A DNA stretch of 64,000 nucleotides. Origin: Actinomycetes bacterium. Lineage in GTDB: Bacteria > Actinomycetota > JAHEXW01. The stretch's first letter is position 1, and the number at the start of each line of letters is the position of its first letter. The notes under the pieces were generated by a model. That model saw nothing but the letters and a program-made list of their open reading frames with translations. It made no database searches and was not told the DNA's origin. Shown here piece after piece: positions 16,599 to 24,851 of the stretch. The DNA is taken from assembly GCA_023251915.1 (NCBI GenBank), contig JAHEXW010000006.1, positions 1,489-65,488 on the forward strand, written 5' to 3'. A program made the translations under genes and the position numbers.

Positions 16599-17503
16599 GA
16601 ATCCTCCGTTTGTCTTGTTAACGACACGTATTCGCCCTCGAGTGTCCGCGTTACAAATTTTCTGATTTCAAGCAAAACTAAAATACTACTGACTTCATTA
16701 CATTGCAAGCCCGTTTCGTAAATAATCTTGTCAATTGTTTTTGGCACATTGATAACCGTTGATAACACGGCGTTTTCTTCACCCGATAGAGACGCCGGTT
16801 CACGTAGCTCGCTTGCATCGTTTAAACAAGAGTTGTCGCTCTGAACAGGAAGTCCGAGCTCTTCAATTACGTCGTCCGCGCTCTCGACAAGACAAGCTCC
16901 CGCGCGCAGTAACTTATGCGGTGTTCGAGTGTTTCGCCCGCCGGCTGGTCCAGGGAGGGCATAAACGTCTCTGCCTTGAGATAGCGCCATATCTGCCGTA
17001 ATTAATGTGCCGCTCCGTTCAGCACCTTCAATGACCAATACGCCTGTCGACAACCCGCTTATTATTCTGTTCCGTGACGGGAAATGCTTGCCTTGCGGGC
17101 GGGTCCCTGGGGGAAACTCACTGACCAAAGCTCCCTCTCGTCCAATTTTTGCCTGCAGGTCTCTGTTTGCGAAAGGATAATTGATATCTAGGCCGCATCC
17201 AAGTACGGCGATAGTCGCGGAGCCTCCGTCGAGAGCTCCCCTGTGCGCTGCGGCGTCGACCCCCTCCGCCAATCCGCTGACAACAATGATGCCGTACTTT
17301 GATAACTCCCGAGCTATTTCGTATGCCTTATCTAGCCCGTAGCGAGTCGCCCGCCGCGATCCAACAATTGCGACAGTCAAGGCCGTTGGCTGGTTTAGCT
17401 GCTCAAATAGTGCACCCCGGTAGTAGAGAATCTTTGGTGACTGTGGGATTGTTCGCAGAAGTGAAGGAAAAAGTCTAGCCGCCCTTGTTGCGGTCTTAAT
17501 CAT
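16592..17503 (-). CDS. dprA: DNA processing protein DprA
   Basis: Rossmann-like DprA core (VAIVGSRRATRYG...VVSGLAEGVDAAAHRGAL...IAVLGCGLDINYP) plus a C-terminal winged-helix domain. Confidence 0.85.
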   Translation of the reverse strand: MIKTATRAARLFPSLLRTIPQSPKILYYRGALFEQLNQPTALTVAIVGSRRATRYGLDKAYEIARELSKYGIIVVSGLAEGVDAAAHRGALDGGSATIAVLGCGLDINYPFANRDLQAKIGREGALVSEFPPGTRPQGKHFPSRNRIISGLSTGVLVIEGAERSGTLITADMALSQGRDVYALPGPAGGRNTRTPHKLLRAGACLVESADDVIEELGLPVQSDNSCLNDASELREPASLSGEENAVLSTVINVPKTIDKIIYETGLQCNEVSSILVLLEIRKFVTRTLEGEYVSLTRQTEDSW

Positions 17504-19035
17504 AATACCTTTATCTCCCTGTCCAGAGACCTGTACTGCAACGCCTCTGCAATATGATCAATGCTAATATCCCGCTGGCCGCTAAGGTCGGCAATTGTGC
17601 GTGCGATTGCTGTGATTTTTGAATACGCCCGCCCTGACATTGCGAAGCGATCAACAGCATGCCCGAGGAAGTCTTTAGTGTGTTCGTCCATCTCGCAAAA
17701 CTTTGCAAGATGCTTATTCCTCATCCTGGCATTGACCTTTATATTTACGGCTGCAAATCGTTCTCCTTGCACTGCCCGGGCTCGCGCAACTCGCTCTCTT
17801 ACGATTTCAGAGGACTCACCTGCCGAATCTGACGTCAATTGGGCACGTGATAACCTCGCCACCTCAACATGCATGTCGATGCGATCGCGTAATGGTCCGC
17901 TTATTCTGGTTCGATATCTACGAATCTCCTGGGGGGTGCAGGAGCAATCAACGATCGGATCGCCAAGGTAGCCGCAGGGACATGGATTCATCGCCGCTAA
18001 TAAGATAAATTCAGAAGGATAACGCACAATGCCCGCGGCCCGCGAAATTGTGACATGCCCGTTTTCGAGCGGTTGCCTAAGTCCCTCTAGAACTCGCTTC
18101 TGGAACTCATTCACTTCGTCAAGAAAGAGGACGCCATTATGGCTAAGGCTTATCTCCCCAGGAGACGGCACAGTCCCTCCTCCGATTAAGCCAATATCAG
18201 AAATAGTATGGTGGGGACTCCGGAACGGTCTCGCTCCGACGAGAGCGGTAGCCGTTACAGACGTCCTTGCAGCGCTATATATTCTGGTTGTCTCAATTGC
18301 CTCCTCAAGAGTGAGTCTCGGCAGCAGCCCCGGAAATGCCTCGGCCATCATCGTTTTCCCGGAACCCGGTGGCCCAAACATTAGGAGGTTATGACCGCCT
18401 GCAGCAGCAATCTCAAGCGCGCGTCGCGCTACTTGCTGGCCTCTCACCTCAGATATGTCTCTCTGAATAGTGTCGATGAAATCTGAATCTGCAGACCCTT
18501 CGCGTACATACGGCGTAATCTCGGCTTCGCACGACAGAAAAGACGCACACTCATAAAGGGTGGCGACCGGAATAACGGTCACGCCTGAGACCAGGGCGGC
18601 TTCTGCTGCATTCTCTCTAGGCACGATCAGGCCGGCAAGTCCTTGATCGCGAACAAGGATGGCAAACGCCAAAACTCCCGCGACCCGTCGTATTGAGCCA
18701 TCCAATGCGAGCTCGCCGACAATCACGTATCGCCCGGGTCGACGAATACTCATCTGCCGTGTCGTAGCGAGAACCCCAATGGCGATCGGCAAATCAAACG
18801 CCGGCCCCTCTTTTTTGACATCTGCCGGAGCAAGATTGACAATGATGCGCCGCTTGGGAAATTCGAACTCGGCGTTAAGTATCCCCGCCTTCACGCGCTC
18901 ACGGGATTCTCTGATTGCCGCATCAGGCAGTCCGACAATTGAGAAGTTTGGCAATCCGGACGACACGTGCGCCTCGACATCGACAGGCATCGCATCAATA
19001 CCGAATAGTGAAGCCGATGAGATTCTCGCAATCAT
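17500..19035 (-). CDS. comM: YifB/ComM-family Mg-chelatase-like AAA+ ATPase
   Basis: N-terminal Lon-like domain, Walker A (LMFGPPGSGKTM), Walker B (VLFLDEVNEF), and a C-terminal Mg-chelatase subunit ChlI-like domain. Confidence 0.9.
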   Translation of the reverse strand: MIARISSASLFGIDAMPVDVEAHVSSGLPNFSIVGLPDAAIRESRERVKAGILNAEFEFPKRRIIVNLAPADVKKEGPAFDLPIAIGVLATTRQMSIRRPGRYVIVGELALDGSIRRVAGVLAFAILVRDQGLAGLIVPRENAAEAALVSGVTVIPVATLYECASFLSCEAEITPYVREGSADSDFIDTIQRDISEVRGQQVARRALEIAAAGGHNLLMFGPPGSGKTMMAEAFPGLLPRLTLEEAIETTRIYSAARTSVTATALVGARPFRSPHHTISDIGLIGGGTVPSPGEISLSHNGVLFLDEVNEFQKRVLEGLRQPLENGHVTISRAAGIVRYPSEFILLAAMNPCPCGYLGDPIVDCSCTPQEIRRYRTRISGPLRDRIDMHVEVARLSRAQLTSDSAGESSEIVRERVARARAVQGERFAAVNIKVNARMRNKHLAKFCEMDEHTKDFLGHAVDRFAMSGRAYSKITAIARTIADLSGQRDISIDHIAEALQYRSLDREIKVL

Positions 19036-19493
19036 GAAAACGCGTCCTGGACATGATCGATCTTTACAACCGCGCCGCCTTTGGTTATGCGTACACCGAT
19101 CACGTCGATTCTCACATTTAAAAAACGCTTGGCCATGTTTCCTACTCCGCCATAAGACAGGTAACCATTAACCACGTTACGAAGTTTCTTCTGTTTTGCA
19201 GGCCCAACTGCCTCGAACGCCTCGCCGGTCCATGTTCCAGACCTTGCTTTGACCTCGACAAAAACCAACGTCGCATCAATCGATGCCAAAATGTCGAGTT
19301 CGCCGATTTTAGACCTGAGGTTTCGGCCGATAATCTTATATCCGTGCCTCCGTAGATATCTGACTGCGGCAATCTCACCGAGCCTGCCGATTTCCTGTGA
19401 TGTACATATCGTCATTCTTCCAATATGTCCGTAATCTTCCATAATGTCAACTGTTTTGCGAATAATACACATATTTGAGAGTTTGGTAAGCAT
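19032..19493 (-). CDS. yraN: YraN-family (UPF0102) putative endonuclease
   Basis: GRLGEIAAVRYLRRHGYKIIGRN...GELDILA...LVFVEVKAR motif set of UPF0102. True start probably internal. Confidence 0.75.
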   Translation of the reverse strand: MLTKLSNMCIIRKTVDIMEDYGHIGRMTICTSQEIGRLGEIAAVRYLRRHGYKIIGRNLRSKIGELDILASIDATLVFVEVKARSGTWTGEAFEAVGPAKQKKLRNVVNGYLSYGGVGNMAKRFLNVRIDVIGVRITKGGAVVKIDHVQDAFS

Positions 19494-19509
19494 AGAATGC
19501 CTTGCCGAT

Positions 19510-19539
19510 GCGCTTTAGTGCGGTACCGTACTAAAGCGC
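19510..19539. repeat. Palindromic element GCGCTTTAGT-gcggtaccgt-ACTAAAGCGC (related to the 7119-7161 element)
   Basis: 10-bp perfect inverted repeat with a 10-nt spacer that itself contains GGTACC. Shares the GCGCTTTA/TAAAGCGC arms with the 7.1-kb element. Confidence 0.5.
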
Positions 19540-19738
19540 CGTAGACCAAAAGCGCTCTTGTTTCCGCATGTGCTTATGTCGCCGGTCGTGCAGTGAAGTG
19601 TAGGCGAAATTCAGCGTCGCTCAGCGTTGAATAGTCTTAAGGTCAGGACGTTACGCAGGTAAAAAAGATGAAGTCTAGCCCATTTTACGAAGGTGCTAAA
19701 CGTTCTATCGTCTATGGGACGGGACGAACGATCTTGCT

Positions 19739-20791
19739 CTAGGGCGTGGGGATCCTTGCCTTGAGACATTGGGGGTCGTCGGAGAGATAGTCTGGCGTTC
19801 CGGCGGTGAGAGACGCGGCGTAGGCGATGGCGCGGCAACCGCGGCAAACGTCCCAGCTGTCGCAGTCCCCGCACTTGCCCGTGTAGGCGGACTTATCGCG
19901 CAGGTCTTCCAGGATAGGGTTGGTCGCCCAGATTTCACGCAGGGGTGTTTCGTTGATATTGCCTATGGCGATGTTCAACCGGCGGCAAGGCATGACCGTG
20001 CCGTCCGGCAGGATCGTTACTCCGGACAAACCGGCGGCGCAACCGGCAACGGCGGTCGAGCCGCAGGAATACGGGTCGGGGTCGTCGTTGATTGAACACG
20101 AGAGAGGATCCCGGGTTATCGCGGCGATACCATCAACTCTTAAGCTCTTGATGAGGTTAAACGCTTCGGCCAGCTCGTCGGCCGACAACATCTCGTTGAT
20201 CATGTCCAGTCCGCGGCCCTCGGGGACCAGGCGTCCGAAGCCGATGCGCTTGGCGCCGACCTCAGCCGCCAGCCGCGTAACCTTCTCTATCTGGTCAACG
20301 TTCTTCCTGGACAGGGTGACATTGGCCGTTGCGTCGACGTCGGCCTCGGCTAGAGCTCGGAAACCCTCTGCCGTGCGGGCGAAGGAACCCGATCCGCGGA
20401 TGTAGTCGTGGGTCGAGGGAATCCCCTCTAGAGATATCTGAACGGCTTCAACGCCCGTGTGCGCGAGACGTTCGGCGACGGCCGCGTCGATCATCGTGCC
20501 GTTGGTCATGAGGAAAGTTTTGAAGTTGGCCGCGCGGGCGGCGTCGAGGATGTCAAAGATGTCATCGCGCAGAAGCGGTTCCCCGCCGGTGAATTGATAG
20601 GAACCGGTCACGTCAAGGTCATAGTCGGACGCCCAACCGTCCAGCATGTCGCGGTGGTCGTCCATAAACGAAAGAATCTGGCCTGTCGGCATCTCAATGT
20701 AACCAACGCCCTGTTGGTAACAATGCCGGCAAGCCAGATTACATCGGTCCGTAAGATGCCACTGAATAAAGTAATCGTAGCTTTGTCTCAT
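19739..20791 (-). CDS. Radical SAM enzyme with C-terminal SPASM domain
   Basis: Radical SAM motif CNLACRHC (Cx3Cx2C). The C-terminus has auxiliary-cluster cysteines (SCGSTAVAGC...PC...KCGDCDSWDVCRGC), the SPASM CxxCx5Cx2C pattern. Confidence 0.8.
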   Translation of the reverse strand: MRQSYDYFIQWHLTDRCNLACRHCYQQGVGYIEMPTGQILSFMDDHRDMLDGWASDYDLDVTGSYQFTGGEPLLRDDIFDILDAARAANFKTFLMTNGTMIDAAVAERLAHTGVEAVQISLEGIPSTHDYIRGSGSFARTAEGFRALAEADVDATANVTLSRKNVDQIEKVTRLAAEVGAKRIGFGRLVPEGRGLDMINEMLSADELAEAFNLIKSLRVDGIAAITRDPLSCSINDDPDPYSCGSTAVAGCAAGLSGVTILPDGTVMPCRRLNIAIGNINETPLREIWATNPILEDLRDKSAYTGKCGDCDSWDVCRGCRAIAYAASLTAGTPDYLSDDPQCLKARIPTP

Positions 20792-20851
20792 ATTGTTTTG
20801 ACCCTGCCCGTTAGCGCCGACCGGCGCCGTCTATGAACCTTTTCAGCTGTC

Positions 20852-20965
20852 TCAGCTGCGACAAAAGGCCCGGCCGCTTCTTTCGGTATAGGCCTTCTTC
20901 AGGTTGCGGAAGAATGACGTCTCCTTGGCTTTCGTTGATTTTGCCAAGTTCTTGATGCGCTTCAT
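20852..20965 (-). CDS. Possible small basic peptide (37 aa) between methyltransferase and rSAM/SPASM genes
   Basis: Manual translation gives MKRIKNLAKSTKAKETSFFRNLKKAYTERSGRAFCRS*, preceded by GGAGGTG about 6 nt upstream. Not in the ORF track (under 60 aa). Fills a 266-bp gap in an otherwise tightly packed operon. Speculative. Confidence 0.3.
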   Translation of the reverse strand: MKRIKNLAKSTKAKETSFFRNLKKAYTERSGRAFCRS

Positions 20966-21057
20966 CCGCATCACCTCCATGACGAATACGATACCACTAC
21001 GGCGGGACAAAACTCAATGAAAGCGCAGGTTATATCGCATATAGGTAAATCTTATGG

Positions 21058-21906
21058 CTAGGGCCGGATTGCTTGGACCTTAACTACCATAAGGGCGCCG
21101 GCCATAACCGGTAAGACAGCGTCGTCTATGACGCCGGACAGGAGTAGGGCCGCGGTTTTGTCGTCTCGGCGCAGCCGGGCGGCGGGCAGCGCGGTTTCGT
21201 CAACCACGCGGCTTTTCTTAAAGCCTGTTTTCTTGAGCATGCGCAAGTAATCGTCGGCCATGAGGTTGCCTTCTAGAAACTCCGTCCCGGTCCGCACGGT
21301 TGCCGCGGCTTCCTTGCCGGCGTCTCGGCGCAACACAGGCTCGCATAGGATCAAGCGGCCGCCCGGTTTGAGGGCGCGCAGAATCTCACGCAGAACGCGT
21401 TGCTTGTTGAATGAAAATGTAACCGCGCAGTTGGTCACGGCAACATCGAAAGTTTTGTCGGCCACCGGCAGGTTCTCGTCCTCCCCCACTCTGACCTCGA
21501 CTGTTCCAAGGTCAGCGGCGCGAGCGGCGGTCCGGATGGTGGAGACGACCTCGGGTGATTCCTCGATGCCGACGACGTGTCCTTTCGGCCCCGCGGCCCG
21601 GCCGGCCAGGAATATGTCCGCCCCAGTGCGGTAGCCCACTACCAGGACAGATTCACCGGGCTTAATCGCGGCCACGGCCATTGGGTTGCCGCAGCCGGCG
21701 TCCACCGTGATCCCGTCCGGCAGCAACGCAACATCGTCGGCCGAATACCCGAGTTCCCCGGCCTGACTCACAACGCGCCCGGCGGCTTGCTCTTCCGTCT
21801 CCGTCCGGCTCGCCTGACGCGTCGCTTCGTCTGCCGCCTCTTCGCTGTACCCCCGGCGGGTCATTTTTCTTATCTCATGCAGCTCTTCGTAATCCATACG
21901 TTTCAT
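21058..21906 (-). CDS. ArsM/AS3MT-like class I SAM-dependent methyltransferase (degenerate SAM-binding motif)
   Basis: Alignment by eye to AS3MT: DAGCGNPMA~YYGCGLVIP, KGHVVGIE~KGHVTGID, DVAVTNCAVTFSFNKQRVLREILRALKPGGRL~[32 protein letters not shown]. The canonical LDLGSGSG loop is replaced by LVVGYRTG. Confidence 0.55.
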   Translation of the reverse strand: MKRMDYEELHEIRKMTRRGYSEEAADEATRQASRTETEEQAAGRVVSQAGELGYSADDVALLPDGITVDAGCGNPMAVAAIKPGESVLVVGYRTGADIFLAGRAAGPKGHVVGIEESPEVVSTIRTAARAADLGTVEVRVGEDENLPVADKTFDVAVTNCAVTFSFNKQRVLREILRALKPGGRLILCEPVLRRDAGKEAAATVRTGTEFLEGNLMADDYLRMLKKTGFKKSRVVDETALPAARLRRDDKTAALLLSGVIDDAVLPVMAGALMVVKVQAIRP

Positions 21907-21987
21907 TATAAAGAAAGAGAGCGGCTCGCGCCGCCCCCTTCTCTTAATCGAATTATTATATTCGTCAAACGATATTGCCTTGCTCTC

Positions 21988-22503
21988 TTACGTGTTTAGG
22001 TCGACGTAGGCGTAAAGGCGAGACTGAATATCAATATCTTTCATCTTAGCCCGCATACCTTTGGCGTCTTTGCTGACGTCAAAGATCAGGTATCCGGTCG
22101 ACGTCTTGCCCGGTTCGATGGCTGCCTTGGTCAGGCTGGCCTTGCCCATCGCGTTGAGATAGACGTTGTTGTTTCTGGAGTCGAAGGCATAGGCGTTGCC
22201 CGCGTCATCGGTTATCTCGACCTCGTCGCCCGTAATGTTCGCGTTTTCGGTGCCGCTGTTTTTCAGCTGTAGGTTAAGAATTACGAAATTGCCCTCGGCG
22301 GTGAACTTCCCGCTGCCGTCGGCGCGCTGAATTTCCTGCGTGATTTGGACCCCCAAGACCTTCCATGTTGCCTTGCCGACCTTGAATTCGTCTTTGATCT
22401 TATAAGTCTGGGTTGTCGATCCGCCCCCGCCGCAGGCTACGACTAAAACAAAAAGAATGATAACGGCAATCGCCGCGACGCCATATCTGAAGCTCTTTTT
22501 CAT
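21988..22503 (-). CDS. DUF4352-like lipoprotein (paralog A)
   Basis: Signal peptide plus lipobox (LVVAC|GGGG). Domain pattern KATWKVLGV...GNFVILNLQLKNSG...GYLIFDV shared with the neighbouring paralog. ORF track extends to 22533. MKKSF start chosen. Confidence 0.6.
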   Translation of the reverse strand: MKKSFRYGVAAIAVIILFVLVVACGGGGSTTQTYKIKDEFKVGKATWKVLGVQITQEIQRADGSGKFTAEGNFVILNLQLKNSGTENANITGDEVEITDDAGNAYAFDSRNNNVYLNAMGKASLTKAAIEPGKTSTGYLIFDVSKDAKGMRAKMKDIDIQSRLYAYVDLNT

Positions 22504-22604
22504 ATTTCCACCTCCTTCTAAATCGCTCATCAATACTACAATCGGTTATCGACTAACCAAGACCGTAACTTTAATTACTTGAGTAATGCCCGGCTGGAGG
22601 AACT

Positions 22605-23105
22605 CTAGATCTTAAGATCGATCAAAGCTGATTTCGAGGACGTTATGTCGAGATCGCGGACTTTCAGTTTTATGCCGTGGGCGTCTGTGGAAACATCGAA
22701 GGCGACCCAGCCGGAAACGGTTTCGCCGGGCTCGACGCGCCCCTTTATCAGGCTGTCCTTGCCCATCGACGTAAGGAAGCTGCTGTTTTGCTGGGAATCA
22801 AAGTTGTAGGTGTTGTTGTCCTCGTCGACCAGTTCGATCTCGACACCGGTGAGATTTGCCGCCTCGTTACTGATGTTCTTAAGTTGCATGTTTATGAAAA
22901 CAAACTCGCCCGAAGCCTTGGCGCCCGAGGTGGTTTGTTTGACGCGTTCGACACCGATGACCTTCCAAGTGCCCGTACCCACCACTACCTGCTCTTTCAT
23001 AGCGTGGGTGCCGCTTCCGCCGCCGTTTGAGACGGCGCAACCTGTAATGACGCCGACCGCGACAAGAACGAGAATGAGCCCGGTCCAAGTCAGTATTCGC
23101 TTCAT
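22605..23105 (-). CDS. DUF4352-like lipoprotein (paralog B)
   Basis: MKRILTWTGLILVLVAVGVITGC|A lipobox. TGTWKVIGV...EFVFINMQLKNIS...GWVAFDV is colinear with paralog A. Confidence 0.6.
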   Translation of the reverse strand: MKRILTWTGLILVLVAVGVITGCAVSNGGGSGTHAMKEQVVVGTGTWKVIGVERVKQTTSGAKASGEFVFINMQLKNISNEAANLTGVEIELVDEDNNTYNFDSQQNSSFLTSMGKDSLIKGRVEPGETVSGWVAFDVSTDAHGIKLKVRDLDITSSKSALIDLKI

Positions 23106-23208
23106 TGTTCCAAGCCCCCTTGTATCCTATGTTACGAAGTCAGTATATCATAAATGTCGGTATATGTAATGAGAACCTTGAGGGTATTCTCGAAGATAAG
23201 CGGAAAGA

Positions 23209-24219
23209 TTACGCCAGTTCGTCGCTTTCTTCGCGGGCGGTGCGGCTCATCAAGGCGGGGACGATCTCGGCCGGGGCCCGGCCTTCATACAACACTTCGT
23301 AGACGTGGTGCGTGATCGGCATGACTACGCCCATTTTTTTGGCCAGGTCGTGTAGGGCATGCGACGTCTGGACGCCCTCCGCGATCATGTGGATGTCATC
23401 GTATATCTCTTGCACGGTCTGGCCCTTGGCCAACCGCTCGCCCACCAGCCGGTTGCGGCTATGCCGGGAGAAACAAGTAACAACCATGTCCCCTACTCCG
23501 GCCAACCCGCTGAATGTCATCGGGCGCGCACCTAAGGCGATGCCCAGACGGGTCGCTTCCGCAAGACCACGCGTCAAGAGGGACGCTTTGGAGTTGTCGC
23601 CGAATCCCAGCCCGTCGCTCATGCCGGCCGCCAGGGCGACCACGTTCTTGGTCGCGCCGGCGATCTCCACGCCGATGATGTCGGGATTGGTGTAGACGCG
23701 AAAATACGGTGTCATGTATATTTCCTGCAGAAGCTTGGCAACGGCGTCGTCATAGGCCGCGACAACCGTCGCGCTGGGAATTTCGCCGCCGACTTCTTCT
23801 GCGTGGTTGGGTCCGGACAAGACCGCCAAGTGCGGTCGCACCGCGGGTCCCAGGACATCTTCGATGACCTCGCTCATGCGCATCATGGTCCCGTTTTCGA
23901 CGCCCTTGGTCTGGCTGACGATTATCGTGTCCGGTCCTATGTTACCTTTAACCTTCTCGACAACCTCCCGCATGGCGTGCGAAACCACGACCAGTATCGC
24001 CACCTCGGCGTCCCGCAGGGCGACAGACATGTCGTTGGTCGCGACGACATTATCCGGCAAAGCCAGGTCTTTGAGATAGACGGGGTTGCGATGCGCGGCG
24101 TTGATGCCGGTTGCGACGTCCTCTTCCAACGCCCAGAGGGCGACGTCATAGCCTTTCTTGCCTAACAGGGCAGCAGTTGCTGTTCCCCAGCTGCCGGCTC
24201 CGATCACCGCGATTCTCAT
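23209..24219 (-). CDS. gpsA: NAD(P)H-dependent glycerol-3-phosphate dehydrogenase GpsA
   Basis: MRIAVIGAGSWGTA Rossmann start, followed by GpsA catalytic-domain motifs. ORF-track N-terminal extension rejected because it overlaps plsY. Confidence 0.9.
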   Translation of the reverse strand: MRIAVIGAGSWGTATAALLGKKGYDVALWALEEDVATGINAAHRNPVYLKDLALPDNVVATNDMSVALRDAEVAILVVVSHAMREVVEKVKGNIGPDTIIVSQTKGVENGTMMRMSEVIEDVLGPAVRPHLAVLSGPNHAEEVGGEIPSATVVAAYDDAVAKLLQEIYMTPYFRVYTNPDIIGVEIAGATKNVVALAAGMSDGLGFGDNSKASLLTRGLAEATRLGIALGARPMTFSGLAGVGDMVVTCFSRHSRNRLVGERLAKGQTVQEIYDDIHMIAEGVQTSHALHDLAKKMGVVMPITHHVYEVLYEGRAPAEIVPALMSRTAREESDELA

Positions 24220-24851
24220 TATTCCGGTTTCGCCTTCCCTTTTCTCATATCGACCCGCTGTCCGATCTTGGACTCTTGCCCTTTGATCAGCCGCACCAGG
24301 TTCTTCCAATGCATCAGGAATATCGCGCCGCCGCCGATGGCGGCAAATATCACAATCGGCCAATCGTAATGCATCAAGGTTATCACAACGGGATACGCCA
24401 GACTGACGATAATGCTGCCCAAGGAAACGTATCGGGTCACTAAGATTATTAGAGCCCATGCGACGAACAAAATCAACGACACTTGCCACGTCAACCCCAG
24501 GCTTACGCCGAAGCCCGTAGCCACCCCGCGGCCCCCCTTGAAGCCCAGGAAGACCGGCCAGTTGTGCCCGGCGACGACGGCCAATCCGACCAGCACGACG
24601 GCATACTGCGGCAGATTTAACTGCCAGGCCGCCACCGCGACCAGAACTCCTTTCAGAAAATCGCCCAGGACGGTGAATACGGCGGCCCAGATGCCGGCCG
24701 TACGCAACACGTTGGTCGTGCCGGTGCTGCCGCTGCCGAACTTGCGGACGTCCACGCCTTTAACCACACGCGCCGCGACGTAGCCAAACGATATCGAGCC
24801 GATGAGATACGCCGCCGCCATGGCCAGCGCGGTCTCCAGGACTACGTTCAC
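24219..24851 (-). CDS. plsY: Glycerol-3-phosphate acyltransferase PlsY (canonical copy)
   Basis: GSGSTGTTNVLR, GDFLKG, GHNWPVFLGFKGGRGVATGFG motifs. Conserved der-plsY-gpsA context. Confidence 0.9.
   Translation of the reverse strand: MNVVLETALAMAAAYLIGSISFGYVAARVVKGVDVRKFGSGSTGTTNVLRTAGIWAAVFTVLGDFLKGVLVAVAAWQLNLPQYAVVLVGLAVVAGHNWPVFLGFKGGRGVATGFGVSLGLTWQVSLILFVAWALIILVTRYVSLGSIIVSLAYPVVITLMHYDWPIVIFAAIGGGAIFLMHWKNLVRLIKGQESKIGQRVDMRKGKAKPE

Noticed and set aside
15768-20791. Possible AmmeMemoRadiSam system, linking the MEMO1-like protein with the radical SAM gene
   Set aside because: The two genes are separated by dprA-comM-yraN, and no AMMECR1 gene is present. The radical SAM enzyme also carries a SPASM auxiliary-cluster domain, which I do not expect from the AmmeMemoRadiSam partner, so I treat the MEMO protein as stand-alone.
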